Source: Malacoraja senta
Lineage: Eukaryota
Length of the DNA stretch: 64,000 nucleotides
NCBI GenBank assembly: GCA_038087875.1
Contig: CM075990.1
Coordinates: forward strand, 17,672,001 to 17,736,000
Direction of reading: 5' to 3'
The stretch's first letter is position 1; every line of letters begins with the position of its first letter. This document shows positions 37,501 to 57,770 of the stretch, in pieces. The position numbers and the translations under genes are program-made. The notes below the pieces were generated by a model. It saw only the letters and a program-made list of their open reading frames with translations, ran no database searches and was not told the origin of the DNA.

Positions 37501-39078
37501 GCATAAGTACATGGGTTAGGAAAGATGAAGAGGGAAACAGGCCTATTGCAGGCAAAGAGGATTGGCATGGATGTCCCTGGTTACAGGTGTCCATTGAGAG
37601 TGGGAGAAGCTGGGTGGGAGGGGGAGGAAAGGGGGAGAGCAGAAATGCAGGCAATAGTGTTGACACATTTGAGAGCCCTTTTGATGCAGAGGTGGGGGGA
37701 GCCACAGGAAAGGGAAGCTTCTCTGAGGCATGGGTGTGTCGACAGTCAGATTGGATGCTGTGCCGATATTTCCTGATAGTGATGAGGCTGTAAACCATTT
37801 CCCAAGTTGAACATTGTAGAGGAAGGGCTGGTCTGTAACAGAGTGAGTGTGTTGGTGCTGTATGGGCAAGGAGCAGGAGCAGACTGAGTCACGTCCTTCC
37901 GCCCCAGTGTGACCTCTGCCCCTGCCACACAATGCAGTGAGTGCGTCAGGAGTGTTGGTTATAAATGTGATCATGATGATGGTGATGAAGAGAGGGAATG
38001 ATTGTTCCTCGACCAGAGGAACACTGAGCTGTGGTCTGTGGTCATACGGGTTACAGCTGCACACAGCAGTGTGACTGACGTTACAGTGAATCATCAGATC
38101 ACTTGTACATTACAAACGTGTGTAGCTCAGCATTCCCACTCACCAATCCCTTTGCCAAACACTGCGTGGTGTGAACATGTCCAGGGAGAGCATCTTGCTG
38201 GCCTTGCCTCAGACATCCACATCCATTCACATCAACTACAGATCCTTCAACTTGGTGTTCAAATGGAAACAAAACTATTGTCTCAACACATTTTACAAGA
38301 TGTCCACAGAGGAAAGCATTAATGTGAGTGGATACCCCTCAACATTCTAGACTCATGCAGCATGGACAAAGGCCCTTCGGCCCAACTTGCCCATGCCAGC
38401 AAAGATGCCTTATCTATTCTAGTCCCACCAGCATGCACGGCCCAAACCCCTCTAAACCTTTCCTATCCACATACCTGTACAAATGTGTTGTTAAATGTTG
38501 TTATATGCCTGCCTCAACTACATTCTCTGACAGATTGTCCATATACCCACCACCATCTGAGTGAAAAAAACCCTCAGTTTCGTATTTAGTCTTTCCCCTC
38601 TCTCCTTAAGCCTATCTTTTCTAGTTTTTGATTCCCCTACTCTGGGTAAAATACTGTGCATTCACCTTATCTATTCACCTCACGATCATATACTTAGCCT
38701 GTCCGGCCTCTCGTGGTAGCATGGCCTCAATTGCTGGCAACATCCTCGTAAATCTTCTGTGCACTCTTTCCAGCTTAACGACATAATTCCTATAGCAGGG
38801 TGACCAAAGCTGAAGACAATGCTCTAAGTGCGTCCTCACCAAGGTCTTGTACAAGAGCTGGTATTTACTGGGAAGTGAAGGTCCTGGGTTCAGTCAGGGC
38901 CCAGCTTGTGTGCAGTGCTGCTCCTGTGCCAATGATGCTGAAACTCTACTCTTTGTTTCATCAGATTCTGCAGATGAAAGTGCTGAGACTGGAGCATCTG
39001 GTTCAGCTGAAGGACCTGAGGATTGATGAATTGACAAGGCATTTGAAAAAACAGGAAGCAAAAGATATAGCAAATTGA
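25405..39078 (+). CDS. SPEF1: Sperm flagellar protein 1-like (CH domain plus C-terminal coiled coil), 7 exons, 226 or 236 aa
   Basis: Exons 25405-25507, 26569-26680, 30433-30568 (or -30598), 31977-32019, 34538-34613, 37053-37149, 38965-39078 join in frame. Family motifs WIDQVPLSRPKRCIARDFSDG, ELHNYIPAN..QKLSNW..LNRKV, ILQMKVLRLEHLVQLKDLRIDEL. May be a paralogue rather than the orthologue of human SPEF1. Confidence 0.9.
25527..25980 (-). mobile_element. Penelope-like 3' fragment (endonuclease end plus terminal repeat), SPEF1-like intron 1
   Basis: Reverse-complement similarity to 27960-28340 (e.g. ctcctccaattt vs aaattggaggag). Confidence 0.8.
26569..26680 (+). CDS. SPEF1: SPEF1-like exon 2 (GC donor)
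   Basis: ctctttag|TT..CAG|gcaagt; VMVAEVVKHFLPRLIELHNYIPANATQQKLSNWQLLNR. Confidence 0.92.
26767..28347 (+). mobile_element. Penelope-like element, 5'-truncated (RT plus GIY-YIG endonuclease remnant plus 3' terminal repeat), in SPEF1-like intron 2
   Basis: ORF 26768-27862 has TMDVQSLYTSIP, QGVAMGTRMGPSYACLF and YLRYIDDCF. ORF 27835-28119 has YIGETKRRLGDRFAEH. Deletion/frameshift near 27850. Flanked by the 13-bp direct repeat ATCCTGCCTGTCC (26754-26766, 28348-28360). Confidence 0.93.
29556..29688. repeat. 30-bp tandem repeat, about 4 copies
   Basis: TGCTSTCCACATACCAGAAACATGTCCTCA. Confidence 0.95.
30433..30568 (+). CDS. SPEF1: SPEF1-like exon 3 (alternative donor at 30598)
   Basis: ttacacag|G; KVFSKLHFHISEEMLNKLVKSSPGIIELVLYTLRQKIEEELSVKQ; CAA|gtaaga or CAG|gtacat. 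Confidence 0.88.
31977..32019 (+). CDS. SPEF1: SPEF1-like exon 4
   Basis: gttaacag|GAT..CCAG|gtgagt; DVEDYTNEADNCFP; phase 0 to 1 is needed to join the neighbouring exons. Confidence 0.75.
33448..34470 (-). mobile_element. Rex1/Babar-type non-LTR retrotransposon, 5'-truncated, frameshifted (SPEF1-like intron 4)
   Basis: PQGCVLS.LLYSLYTHDC, IIKFADDTVVVGLI, FKYLGVHITEDL, SFFPQAIR; 3' tail AATAAA plus (GACTT)n on the - strand. Confidence 0.88.
34538..34613 (+). CDS. SPEF1: SPEF1-like exon 5
   Basis: ttccccag|AT..AAG|gtattt; DYIHVGMPQFANGCQSKPQPWNNNQ; phase 1 to 2. Confidence 0.75.
35140..35430. mobile_element. Probable non-autonomous DNA transposon (MITE) fragment
   Basis: CpG-rich, repeated ACGAG/CTCGT motifs, central hairpin 35245-35286, right end gtgagacagggg followed by TTTTA; matching left TIR not seen. 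Confidence 0.55.
36865..36990 (-). mobile_element. Rex1/Babar RT fragment
   Basis: NSKTRELIVDFG..VYIDGTMVKRVKSFKFL. Confidence 0.75.
37053..37149 (+). CDS. SPEF1: SPEF1-like exon 6
   Basis: ggttttag|A..GAG|gtaagc; SLCEQYSHLDPAVRFLLEEKDQALLAFRETVE. Confidence 0.9.
38965..39078 (+). CDS. SPEF1: SPEF1-like exon 7 (terminal)
   Basis: tttcatcag|ATT..TGA; ILQMKVLRLEHLVQLKDLRIDELTRHLKKQEAKDIAN*. Confidence 0.92.
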   Translation: MLQMKVLRLEHLVQLKDLRIDELTRHLKKQEAKDIAN

Positions 39079-40609
39079 TAGTAACTAAACTGAGAGAAAC
39101 CATGAACATCTCTGTGTGGGCAAAGATTTGATAAAGCTTCTCTCTGTTTATGTTGAAGCACCTGATGTGTGTCTGCGTGATTTGTCACTGGGATTAAAGT
39201 GGTGCAGGTTTGTAGGTTAAATGGTCCAGTGGGCAGGGAGTGGATGAGAAGGTGGGATAACATGGAACTGGTGTTATCAATGGTTAGCATGCACTCGGTG
39301 GGCCAAAGACCCATTTTGTATCTCTAAACTAAACAAACACTGAGTTAAGTTATAACAGGGTTGATTCAAACAGGGTTTAATCCACAAACCTGTAGGACTT
39401 GGACTATGCAGGAAGTGACATTATCAAAGACAGGACAGGAGGCAGTGCTGCAGTGTTAGCTTCTTCTTCTTCTACTTCTTCTTTCGTGTGGCATACACAG
39501 CCTAAAGTTGTTGGACAACTTGTTCTATTTGATCTTCCGTTTGTGCAAGTCGAGTTGATTGCATTAGTCGAAACAGGGCGGACCACGTGAAGGTTGCAAT
39601 CTTCCACCCCGCAGTGTTAGCTCATGGCCCTGTTCCCACTCCCACTTCCCCCTCACCATTATCCCCACAGGAATGCTGTGCCCGATGAGCCATTTGGTGT
39701 TCAGGATAGTCTGAAATAGGGTCTCGACCCGAAACGTCACCAATTCCTTCTCTCCAGAGATGCTGCCTGTCCCGCTGAGTTACTCCAGCTTTTTGTGCCT
39801 ACTGTTGGTGTTCAGGATCCCCAGCTAACCAAAGGAATGTGGGAACTCCATGGTTCTAAACTTGCCTGGTTGCCAAAGCTGCAGAAGTCTGGAGGAAGGC
39901 AAATTCTTTGCATGATTGCTGTGAGCGTGGTCAGCATGGAAATATGAACATGTAATTATGTTTCTCCCCATGAGAAGGGTTACTGAGCCTTCCTCTCAAT
40001 TGTTACCATGCATCAGAGATTTGCAAAAATAAGCAACAAATCTCTGAACCCCTTAATAAGCGCCCAGCACTTCCAGTTATGTGAACTTTATATTTACATT
40101 TTGAAGCTCCGAGCTTATAAATTCCACATGGTTTACGTATGGATTAAACTCCTAAAATAACATTTTTTAGAAAAATATTCTTCTGTAAATAAGCAAGTTT
40201 TATTAATAATAATTATCTGAACATTCCTTTTATTACGATTTTGTGAAATCTGTACATGTTTTGTTGCAAACTTTACAAATGTTCCACCAATCAAACTGCC
40301 ATTTAAGTCTTGGGTCAATAGGATTTGCTAACTGTCGGAGACATTGTTAGAGATTAGGAGGATCGCTTCAACTGTAGCTTTAATAATTGTGGAAATATTT
40401 CCCAGCAGACAAATAATCCATTGCAACTTCTCAGGGGAAACAACTCTGGGAACGGAGATCTCTCGTCTACAGTGGAGAGACAACAACACACTGTCCGATC
40501 CCCAGTGATGTGAGTAATTGTGACCAGAGACAAACTTGGCCTTGTGTACTGACGCACTCTGACTGAGGACACACAGACTGACTTGACTGATACTAGGGTG
40601 GTAACAAAG

Positions 40610-40905
40610 GTTTAGTTTTGAGATACAGCATGGAAACAGGTCCTTTGGCCCACCAAGTCCATGTGATCACCATTCACCCCGTACACTAGTTCTATCCTAC
40701 ACACTAGGGATAATTTACAGAAGCCAATTAACCTACAAAACCGCACGTCTTTGGAGTGTGGGAGGAGACCAGAGCACCCGTAGAAAACCCACGCAGGTCA
40801 CAGGGAGAACATACAAACTCCGTACAGACAGCATCTGTAGTCAGGATGGAACCCGGGTCTCTGGCGCTGTGGGGCAGCAACTCTACCGCTGCACCACCAT
40901 ACCGG
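40610..40905 (-). mobile_element. HE1/V-SINE-like SINE, full length
   Basis: Reverse complement of head, body and CR1-like tail all present. Confidence 0.87.
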
Positions 40906-41179
40906 CCAAATTCTACGTCAGAGATATTAAAACAGTCTGGTGTTTAGACATGTTATGCAAGATTGTTTTTGCACTTGTACCTCACTGTACTTGTGTAAAT
41001 GACAATAAACTCGACACCACACGACCAAACCATCTAGCCTTTGATAAGAGAGGAATTATCCCAGTGAATTTCCTTTGGACGGCCAATGCTACTAAATCTG
41101 TTTTTCAGCTTTGGGGAACCTAAACTGTGACAGTATTCCTCATCAACACTCTGTACACCTGGAACAAAGTCTCCCTGTC

Positions 41180-41600
41180 CTTGAAGTTCTCACGGCCTGG
41201 TTTGGCAATTCAAACGCTCAGGTACAAAGAACGCAAAGTCTGGTGGACACTGCCCGGCCCATCACAAGTCCTTACCTCCCCACCATCGAAGAGAGCTGTA
41301 GGAAGCACTGTCTCAAGAAGGCAGTCACATCATTAAGGACCCTGGCTATGCTCTCATTTCACTCCTAACCTCGGGAAGAAGGTACAGGAGTCTGAAAATC
41401 AAGAGCTTCTTCCCAACAACCATCAGGCTATTGAACACTACAAACACCAACTAAACCATGAACCGTCTTGGTTGCACTAGGGTCTTTGAGCTTGCTTTTG
41501 TTTTGCACGACATTGTTCTTTTATTCAATGAACCTGTTTTTGTTTGTTTATCATGTTATCGATTGAGTAGTGTGCTGCAAGTAAGAATCTCATGGTCTCT
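41180..41600 (+). mobile_element. Rex1/Babar 3' fragment
   Basis: TAWFGNSNAQ, agcttcttcccaacaaccatcagg (SFFPTTIR), degenerate 3' UTR. Confidence 0.7.
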
Positions 41601-42209
41601 CTTCCCCTCAGTGCTGGACTCCCTTTGTCGGTCGATTCAGTAAAGCTCATCAGTGTTCTGTGTGAAGAGATCTCCCAGACAGACGGCGATTTCATGTCGC
41701 CCCTGGTCTGTGGTGGAAGTGAGTCAGGGTGTGCTGGTTCAGTCTGGTCCCACCCAGCAGTGATGGTGTCCATTACTGTGAAGAGCGCTCTGCTCAAAGG
41801 TATTCAAGCAAGTGCTGACAGAACCATGTGGGTTGGGCATGTTGCCAGAGGAAGAGTGTGGCTGAGCAGTGACTGAGGAAACAAGCTGTAACGTGGCCCA
41901 GGCTCCGAGCAGAGCCCAGGGCTGTGGCGATAATTGTGGCCCAGCACTGACACATGTGTGCCGACTGCTCACCCCCTCCTTCTCCAAGACTCCCATCCAT
42001 TCCCACTCTGTTATCCCATTTTCAATTACTCCTGGTCCTAAAGAGTTTCACATTCGACACCAAGGTTTTATGTGGGACATAAAACCCAGAACAGTACAAC
42101 ATGAGAACAGGCCCTTCGGCCCACAATGTCTGTGCCGGAAATGATGCCAACTCTTATCTGCTTGCACATGATCCATATCCCTCCATTCCCTGCATATCCA
42201 TGTGCCTAA

Positions 42210-43115
42210 CAGAGGGGAAGTTCCTGAGTCTGGTGGTGGGTGATTTCAAGCTTCTGTACCTTCTGTGGACAGGAGCAAGGAGAAAAAGGAATGACCAGGG
42301 TAGGACAAGCCTTTGATAATTTTGGCTGCTTTTCCAAGGCATTGTGAAGTGTAGATGGAGTCAATAGTGAGAGGTCTGGTCAGTGGACTGGTCTGTGTGA
42401 TGGACTGGATTACAACACTCTGCAATTTCTTGCAATCTTGGGCAGAGCTATTCCCAAACTAAGCTATGATGCAGCCTGATGGTATGTTTTCTATGGTGCA
42501 CCTGTAGAGGCTTGTAAGAGCCATGGGAGACATGCCAAATCTCCTCAGTAAGTAGACGTGTTGGTGGCACTTGGTGCATCAACGTAGTTCATCCATGACA
42601 GATTGCTGGTAATATTGACACCAAGAACTAGAAACTTTCAGTCATTCCAACGGCACCAATTATGCTGATTAGGGCATATACTTTGGTTATAGTTTAGTTC
42701 ATTATTGTCATGTGTTCTGAGGAACAGTGAAAAGCTTTTGTTTGTGTGTTATCCAGTCAAAGAAAAAACTATACGTTTACAATCAAGCCGTCTACAGTGC
42801 ACAGGTAAAGGATAAAGGCTAGAACATTTAGTGCAAGATAAAGTCTGCGAAAGTCTGATTAAAGATGGTTCAAAGGTCTCCAATGAAGTAGATGGGATGT
42901 CAGGACCGCACTCTAGCTGATGAGAGAACGGTTCAGTTGCCTGATAACAGCTGGGAAGAAACTGTCCCATGTTTCACCATGTTCCTGAAGTTGATAATCA
43001 GCTCCTTCATCTTGCTGACATTGAGGAAAATGTTATTGTCCTGACACCATATCATTAAGTTCTCTATCTCCTTCCTGTACTCTGTCTCATCATTGTTCAT
43101 GATCTGACCCACCAC
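42210..43115 (-). mobile_element. Cluster of Rex1/Babar-like fragments
   Basis: VGQIMNNDETEYRKEIENLMIWCQDNNIFLNVSKMKELIINFR at 42980-43115; 3'-end segment 42690-42970 (related fragment at 13570-13725, + strand). Confidence 0.7.
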
Positions 43116-45769
43116 TAGCTGGAGATAGAGCTGGATTTGGTCATATGGTTGTTGTTGAGGAGAGGGGTGGGTCTAGACTTGGTTTAATCCTCTTATTATT
43201 TTCTATGTGTTCCGTTATCAAATGATAACATATTTCAAGATGTTCCCTGTAACTGATGTTTAGTTGACTGCTCTGAAGTCCCCCTTATATAAATAGTGAG
43301 CTAACACTCACAACCTCCAATCTGCACAAACTGTTCTATGCTCAGTAGAATTGTGGAAGATATCAACCAATGCATCACAGCTAGCTTCTTGTCCACTGTG
43401 TGATTGGATTTGTACCCTCTTAGTTCCATTAAATTCATGTTGATTTACAAGTACTAATTCCTTTACTTTCTCCTTTTCTTTCTAATCTTGTTCCTGTTTC
43501 TGGTAAATTATTTATATTTTCTTCCTGAAAGTAGAACCAGAGGCTTGTTTCAGTGTGTGCAACTGCCTTAGTTCCTCATTGCAAACTGTTCTGTTTCTGA
43601 CTGTGATCTACCTTCTCTCTTTGTGTAGATGCAGAGGCTTCTGCATCAACTTTTATGTTGCCCCTGCATTGGTGTCACCGGACTAGTGCAGCGAGCTCAC
43701 GTAAAGAGCAACAGTCTGGTTGGGAAGCAGTGAGTTTGGATTTCTTTGTGGATTAAAGCAGATCCAGTCCTCCTCCAGCCAAACCCAGCCACAACTCACA
43801 ACATCACACCCACCCCATGTCTTACAACCTAATGACTTTGCTCACAGTGAGAACCAACCTCAAGGAACAGGAAAAGGAGGATGTTTCCACTAGTGGGAGC
43901 GTCAAGGACCAGAGGGCACAGCCTCAGAATGAAAGAAGGTACCATTTTAGAGGAGATGAGGAGGAATGTCTATTGTCAGAAGGTGGTGAATCTGTGGAAT
44001 TCATTGCCACAGACGACGATGGAGGTTAAGTAATTTTTAAGGCAGAGATTTACAGATTCTTCATTAGTACGGGTGTCAGGGGTTAATGGGAAGAAGGCAG
44101 GAGACTGGGGTTGAGAGGGAAAGATAAATCAATTGCGATTGAATGGCAGAGTAGATTCGATGGGCCGAAAGGCCTAATTCTGCTCCTATCACATGAATTA
44201 AGGAACAGTGAAAGACGAGCAGCTAGGTTGTGTCCTGGTCCTTGTGAAGATATAACAATGATCAGGCAGTTAACAGGGCAGGCAGGAGACTAGTCCATCC
44301 AGCATGGTCACCTGGTCTTCACCTCCCCACTCCCTAATGCGGGATCAGGTGGTGGTGTGTAGTTCACGGCTTAAAATAATGAGTACATTTTGTCTTCTTG
44401 TTGAAAGAGGGGAAGATGAGATCGAAGCAAAGTCCTTTCTTTGAGGTGAAATGTTGGTGCAAAGCCAGGAGCCGTGTCTGAGTGTTTGTGGTCAGAGCTG
44501 ACCACGGCCGAAGATGCAGATGGAGGGATCTCACCACTGGTGATGAGATGAATGGTCATTGCCCACTGTCTCCAGCGAGCTGCGTGGCTGTTCCAGGCTG
44601 TTGTTGCGCACAATGCCAGCTACTGAAGCATTAATTGGAGGTATAAACGCTTGCATTGTTCCCGGTGTGTGGGGAGTCTAGTGCCTTTTAAGTTAACAAA
44701 GTTTAAGTGAACAGAGCCACTCTCTCTCTCTCTGGAGGCTGTGATCTGCAGGGTTTGGTATGTGATATAGTAACCTCTGGGTTTAATCACAGCTGCAGAT
44801 ATGTAGTGGTGCTGACCTCAAGCCCTTCATTGTAACCGATAATTGGGGGAAACTTTCTCAAAGCTATGGAAAAAATGTCGAAACAGATGAATGGCATTGA
44901 GCTTCCCATCGCCGGCCCGGCCGGGACCGTCACATAGACTTGTTCCCGTGCCCAGCCCTCTCGCCAACTTTGGCTGCAGGTCCTGAGTTTCATTTGCTTC
45001 TGTGGATCTGGCACGTCCTGGCTTTGATATCAAAGATTCCGCGAACTCTGGGCATCATCAGCTCTGATTCAACATCTGTGCTCCTGTATCTGAGGTCTCA
45101 GGAGCAGAGTCGTTGCAGCTGCCACAGCCTGGAGAGCGAACACCTAACTCCCCCCCCCCCTCCCCCCGCTGCCGATCACCGAACAGCAGTTTTATTCCAG
45201 AAACACCAGAATGAGTCAGAAAGACGATTCGACGTTTGTCTTGACTCAGTTTATTGAAGAATGCGTGCCTGTCATGCAATGGAATCAGTAGATGTGACTG
45301 GGGCCCACCCTACCTTTCACCTGGTGAAGACCGCGTTCTTCACCCATGAGTCGTCAGTGACTCGGCCTTTGGAATCGATCCCAGGTTTGAGTCGGGTCGT
45401 TGGGAACAAGCCCAGGTCAGCCGCCTTGCTGGGATCCGGTTCTGGATTATGGACCCACGCTGGGAAGATCAGGAATATTCAGTAATACCAGGCAACCTAT
45501 AATAGTGTAAAGACCAACGGACTGGTTGAATGGACCTGTTTGGTGTTCCCGTGGGTCAGAGAGGGGCAGCGCTGGACCAGTCCCAGGTGGGACATCGCCT
45601 TCACTTTCCAGCGGGATCTGCAGATGTGCATTATTTTCCTCTTAGATTAAATAAAATTCAAATTAAAAGCCCCTAAACTGTATTGATGAAGATCTGTGTC
45701 GTACACACTTTTATTGATCAATACATTTTTACGTTTTTCTAAAAAAAATTGAATCATTTTATTTATGGG

Positions 45770-46012
45770 TCAGAGAGTGGTGAATCTCTGGAACTCTCTG
45801 CCACAGAGGGTAGTCGAGGCCAGTTCATTGGCTATATTTAAGAGGGAGTTAGATGTGGCCCTTGTGGCTAAAGGGATCAGAGGGTATGGAGAGAAGGCAG
45901 GTACGGGATACTGAGTTGGATGATCAGCCATGATCATATTGAATGGCGGTGCAGGCTCGAAGGGCCGAATGGCCTACTCCTGCACCTAATTTCTATGTTT
46001 CTATGTTTCTAT
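45770..46012 (+). mobile_element. CR1 3' end, young copy
   Basis: cagagagtggtgaatctctggaactc.. through gggccgaatggcctactcc and (TTTCTATG)3. Confidence 0.9.
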
Positions 46013-48224
46013 TTACAGTCTTCTTAAGAATTAGACTACGTTATTTTCAACTTCCTGTTTCCTAATCTAACGACTTTGCACCTTGTTTTTCAGTTGAAGC
46101 GGTTTGCATCTGTTCCAGGAACTAACCGCATTCATCATTAAATGCTGCTGACGAGTTCTCAGGTCGGTAACCAGCGTTTGAGCAGATAAGATAGCAAAGA
46201 TAATATCAAAATGAGAGCTGTCAAAATCCTGACACTTCAGGGAAATTACAGACAAGAGATCTTGTATCCGCTGCATGCAGGTTTTCCCTCAGTCAACCAA
46301 CCGAGGGTGCTCAGGGTCCAGACCACCTACCTGCGTATTAGACCTCAGCTCTGGCCTAAATGTCACCCCGACCAAGCCCGAGACCAAAGAGCAGCATCTG
46401 CCCAAGTCTGATCCAATGGGTACCCGGCCCATGAGGTTTCCCGGACTCCATCTCACTAGTACCACCACCCACATTAGATGCTTCTGAACTCGCTCCTTGA
46501 TGCAGTTTCCTCCCACACTCTAAATCCCTACAGGTTTGTGGGCTAATTGGGCTTCTGTAATTCAGGGATGTGATTCCCCCTCATCTATTCCCAGTTTCAA
46601 GCCCCTCCCCTTCCATTCCCGGTGCGACCCGTTCTCTTTGATGGGAGATCTCACAAACGTTGACCAATGTAGTTCAGCCAACACTGTGCAGCCAACAGCC
46701 GTGGCGACTGGCAGTCGGAAGAAGGGTCCCGTCCTGAAACGCCACCTATTCCTTTTCTCCACAGATGCTGCCTGACCCGCTGAGTTACTCCAGCACTCTG
46801 TGTCTGTCCTGGTGACCAGTGGCTGCCGATAGCCTGGTGGGGTGGAGGTTGTGTCGGGCTGTGGTACAGCTCGCAAGCTCTCTCAGTACATGTGGCTGGG
46901 ATACAGTTACTCACTCACAGCCTGACTCAGACCTCCACAGCTGAGACACTCGGCCTTCCTGCAATAAGTGCTTTTAAAACAGGAAATGCAAACAACTGGA
47001 ACCGATCAGTTTATTTTTTTCCAGTGCTGAGATCGCCAGCAATGAGGACGGACAGCTCGAGGGGGGCAAGGACTGTGGGAAAGGGACTGGGGTCAGGAAA
47101 CCAGGAGTCAGACAATAAATTCACATCGCAGCTAATCATTGTAGGCGGCAGCTACTGGTCTTCACTGAGTCCTGGTGGGGAGATGAGGTTTCCACACAGC
47201 TAGGCACAGAGGATTGGGCAATGATTGGTCCTGTGACTGGTGCTGACATGTGGACAATGGCAACATCACCAAATGCCCTGACGAAGAGAGGGATCACAGG
47301 GTCCACAATCCATGAGAGTGGCTATAGAAGTAGATAGAGTGGTAAACAAGGCTTATGGTATGCTTGCCTTCATAGACCGGGACATTGTTTGTTTTCACTG
47401 GGCGGAAATGTCAAAGACCAGAGGATACAGCTTTAAGGTGAGGGGGAAATTTAAAGGTTTACGGGGAGGTGGTGGAGGCAGATACAATAGTGATGTTTGA
47501 GGGGCTTTTACAGGCACATGGATATGCACGGAATGGAGGGATGTGGATCACGTGCAGGCAGAGGGGACTCCTAACGGCATCGTGTTGGGCACAGACATTG
47601 TGGGCCGAAGGGCCTGTTCCTGTGCTGTTCTGTGTTCTTTATCCGAGGTAGACTGTATTCACGGGGACAATGCGCTGCCCTGGGGGTGGGGGGGGGGGGG
47701 GGCAGGACATTTGAACTGAAAAGCTGTGAAGTTTCCAGGAAGAAAATATCTCAGAAAGTTAAATCTCCATTGCTGAAAGTCTGAGGTCGCCCATGATTTA
47801 TGGAAGATAGACACAAACATCTGGAGTAACTCAGCGGGACATGCAGCATCTCTGGAGAGAAGGAATGGGAGACGTTTCGGGTCTCGACCCCTCTGCTGCC
47901 CCACTTGGTGTCAGGAGTGGCCGGGGGGGGGGGGGGGGGGGCGGAGCCTGTGCGCTCACGGTCAGCTGCTCCACCTGGCGGCGAGATGCGGGACATGCAG
48001 CGCACTCAACGTGACGGAGGGAACTGCAGATGTTATTTTAAACCGAAGATACAAACTGCTGGAGTAACTCAGCGGGACAGGCAGCATCTGTGGAGAGAAG
48101 GAATGGGAGACGTTTCGGGTCGACACCCTTCAACCGGTCTGAAGAAAGCTCTCGACCCACAACATGTATGTGACCCTAACGTAGAACCGAGCCGTCCCTG
48201 TGCGCAGACTGGAGGGAGGGAGCT

Positions 48225-48577
48225 GTCCGGACTGTCCCGCACCCACCCGGCCCGGCCCGGCCCGCACCCACCCGGACTGTCCCGCACCCACCCGGACTGT
48301 CCCGCACCCACCCGGCCCGGCCCGCACCCACCCGGCCCGGCCCGCACCCACCCGGACTGTCCCGCGTCCACCCGGACTATCCCGCACCCACCCGGACTGT
48401 CCCGCGTCCACCCGGACTAACCCGCACCCACCCGGCCCGGCCCGGCCCGCACCCACCCGGCTCGGCCCGCAACCGCACCCACCCGGCTCGGCCCGCACCC
48501 ACCCGGACTGTCCCGCACCCACCCGGCTCGGCCCGCAACCGCACCCACCCGGCTCGGCCCGCACCCACACGGACTGT
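48225..48577. repeat. GC-rich promoter minisatellite, about 20-bp unit CCCGCACCCACCCGG(ACTGT/CCCGG)
   Basis: Tandem array about 190 bp upstream of the COMTD1 ATG, in a CpG island. Confidence 0.93.
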
Positions 48578-48761
48578 CGGGGCGGGTCAGGCCAGCGCTG
48601 GGCCCGGGAGGTCGGGCAGTGTCTGTGGAGACACAGTGGACATTCGGGCCGCCGGCGCCGGCGCCGCCGCATCACAAGATCCTCAGCTGCCCGGGAGTGG
48701 CTGCGGGCCGGGATCCGCCCCAGTCCTTGACCGCCACTCCCCGCACTCGGGCCTCGGCGCG

Positions 48762-57364
<8,603 letters not shown>

Positions 57365-57529
57365 GGACCACACCGTCCCTCCATGGATGATGCAGGTCCA
57401 TGGAACCCAGGCTGGCCAACGTCACTGACTGGTCTGTACATGCAGGCCCAACCCATCTCCCCAGACCCTACCTCTATCCTGTCCCCTCTTGTCCAGTCTG
57501 TCCCTACCTACATCCAGATGATCTCACTC

Positions 57530-57770
57530 CACCCCTCCATGCCCCCTCACCTCACTCACCTTCACACCCATCCCCTTTACATCCTCACCCTCACCCTCTC
57601 CCTACACCCCCTCCCCCTCACCTCCCTCTCACCCCTCCCCTCACCTCACTCTCACCCCCCCTCGCCTCGCACTCTCAGTTTCTCCCTCACCTTCACACCC
57701 TCCCCCTGCACCCTTCCCTCACCCCAGTCCCCACTACCCCTGTTCCCACCTCACCCACAACCACATCAGA
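57530..57770. repeat. C-rich low-complexity tract in the COMTD1 3' UTR
   Basis: CCTCACC-type degenerate repeats. Confidence 0.8.
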
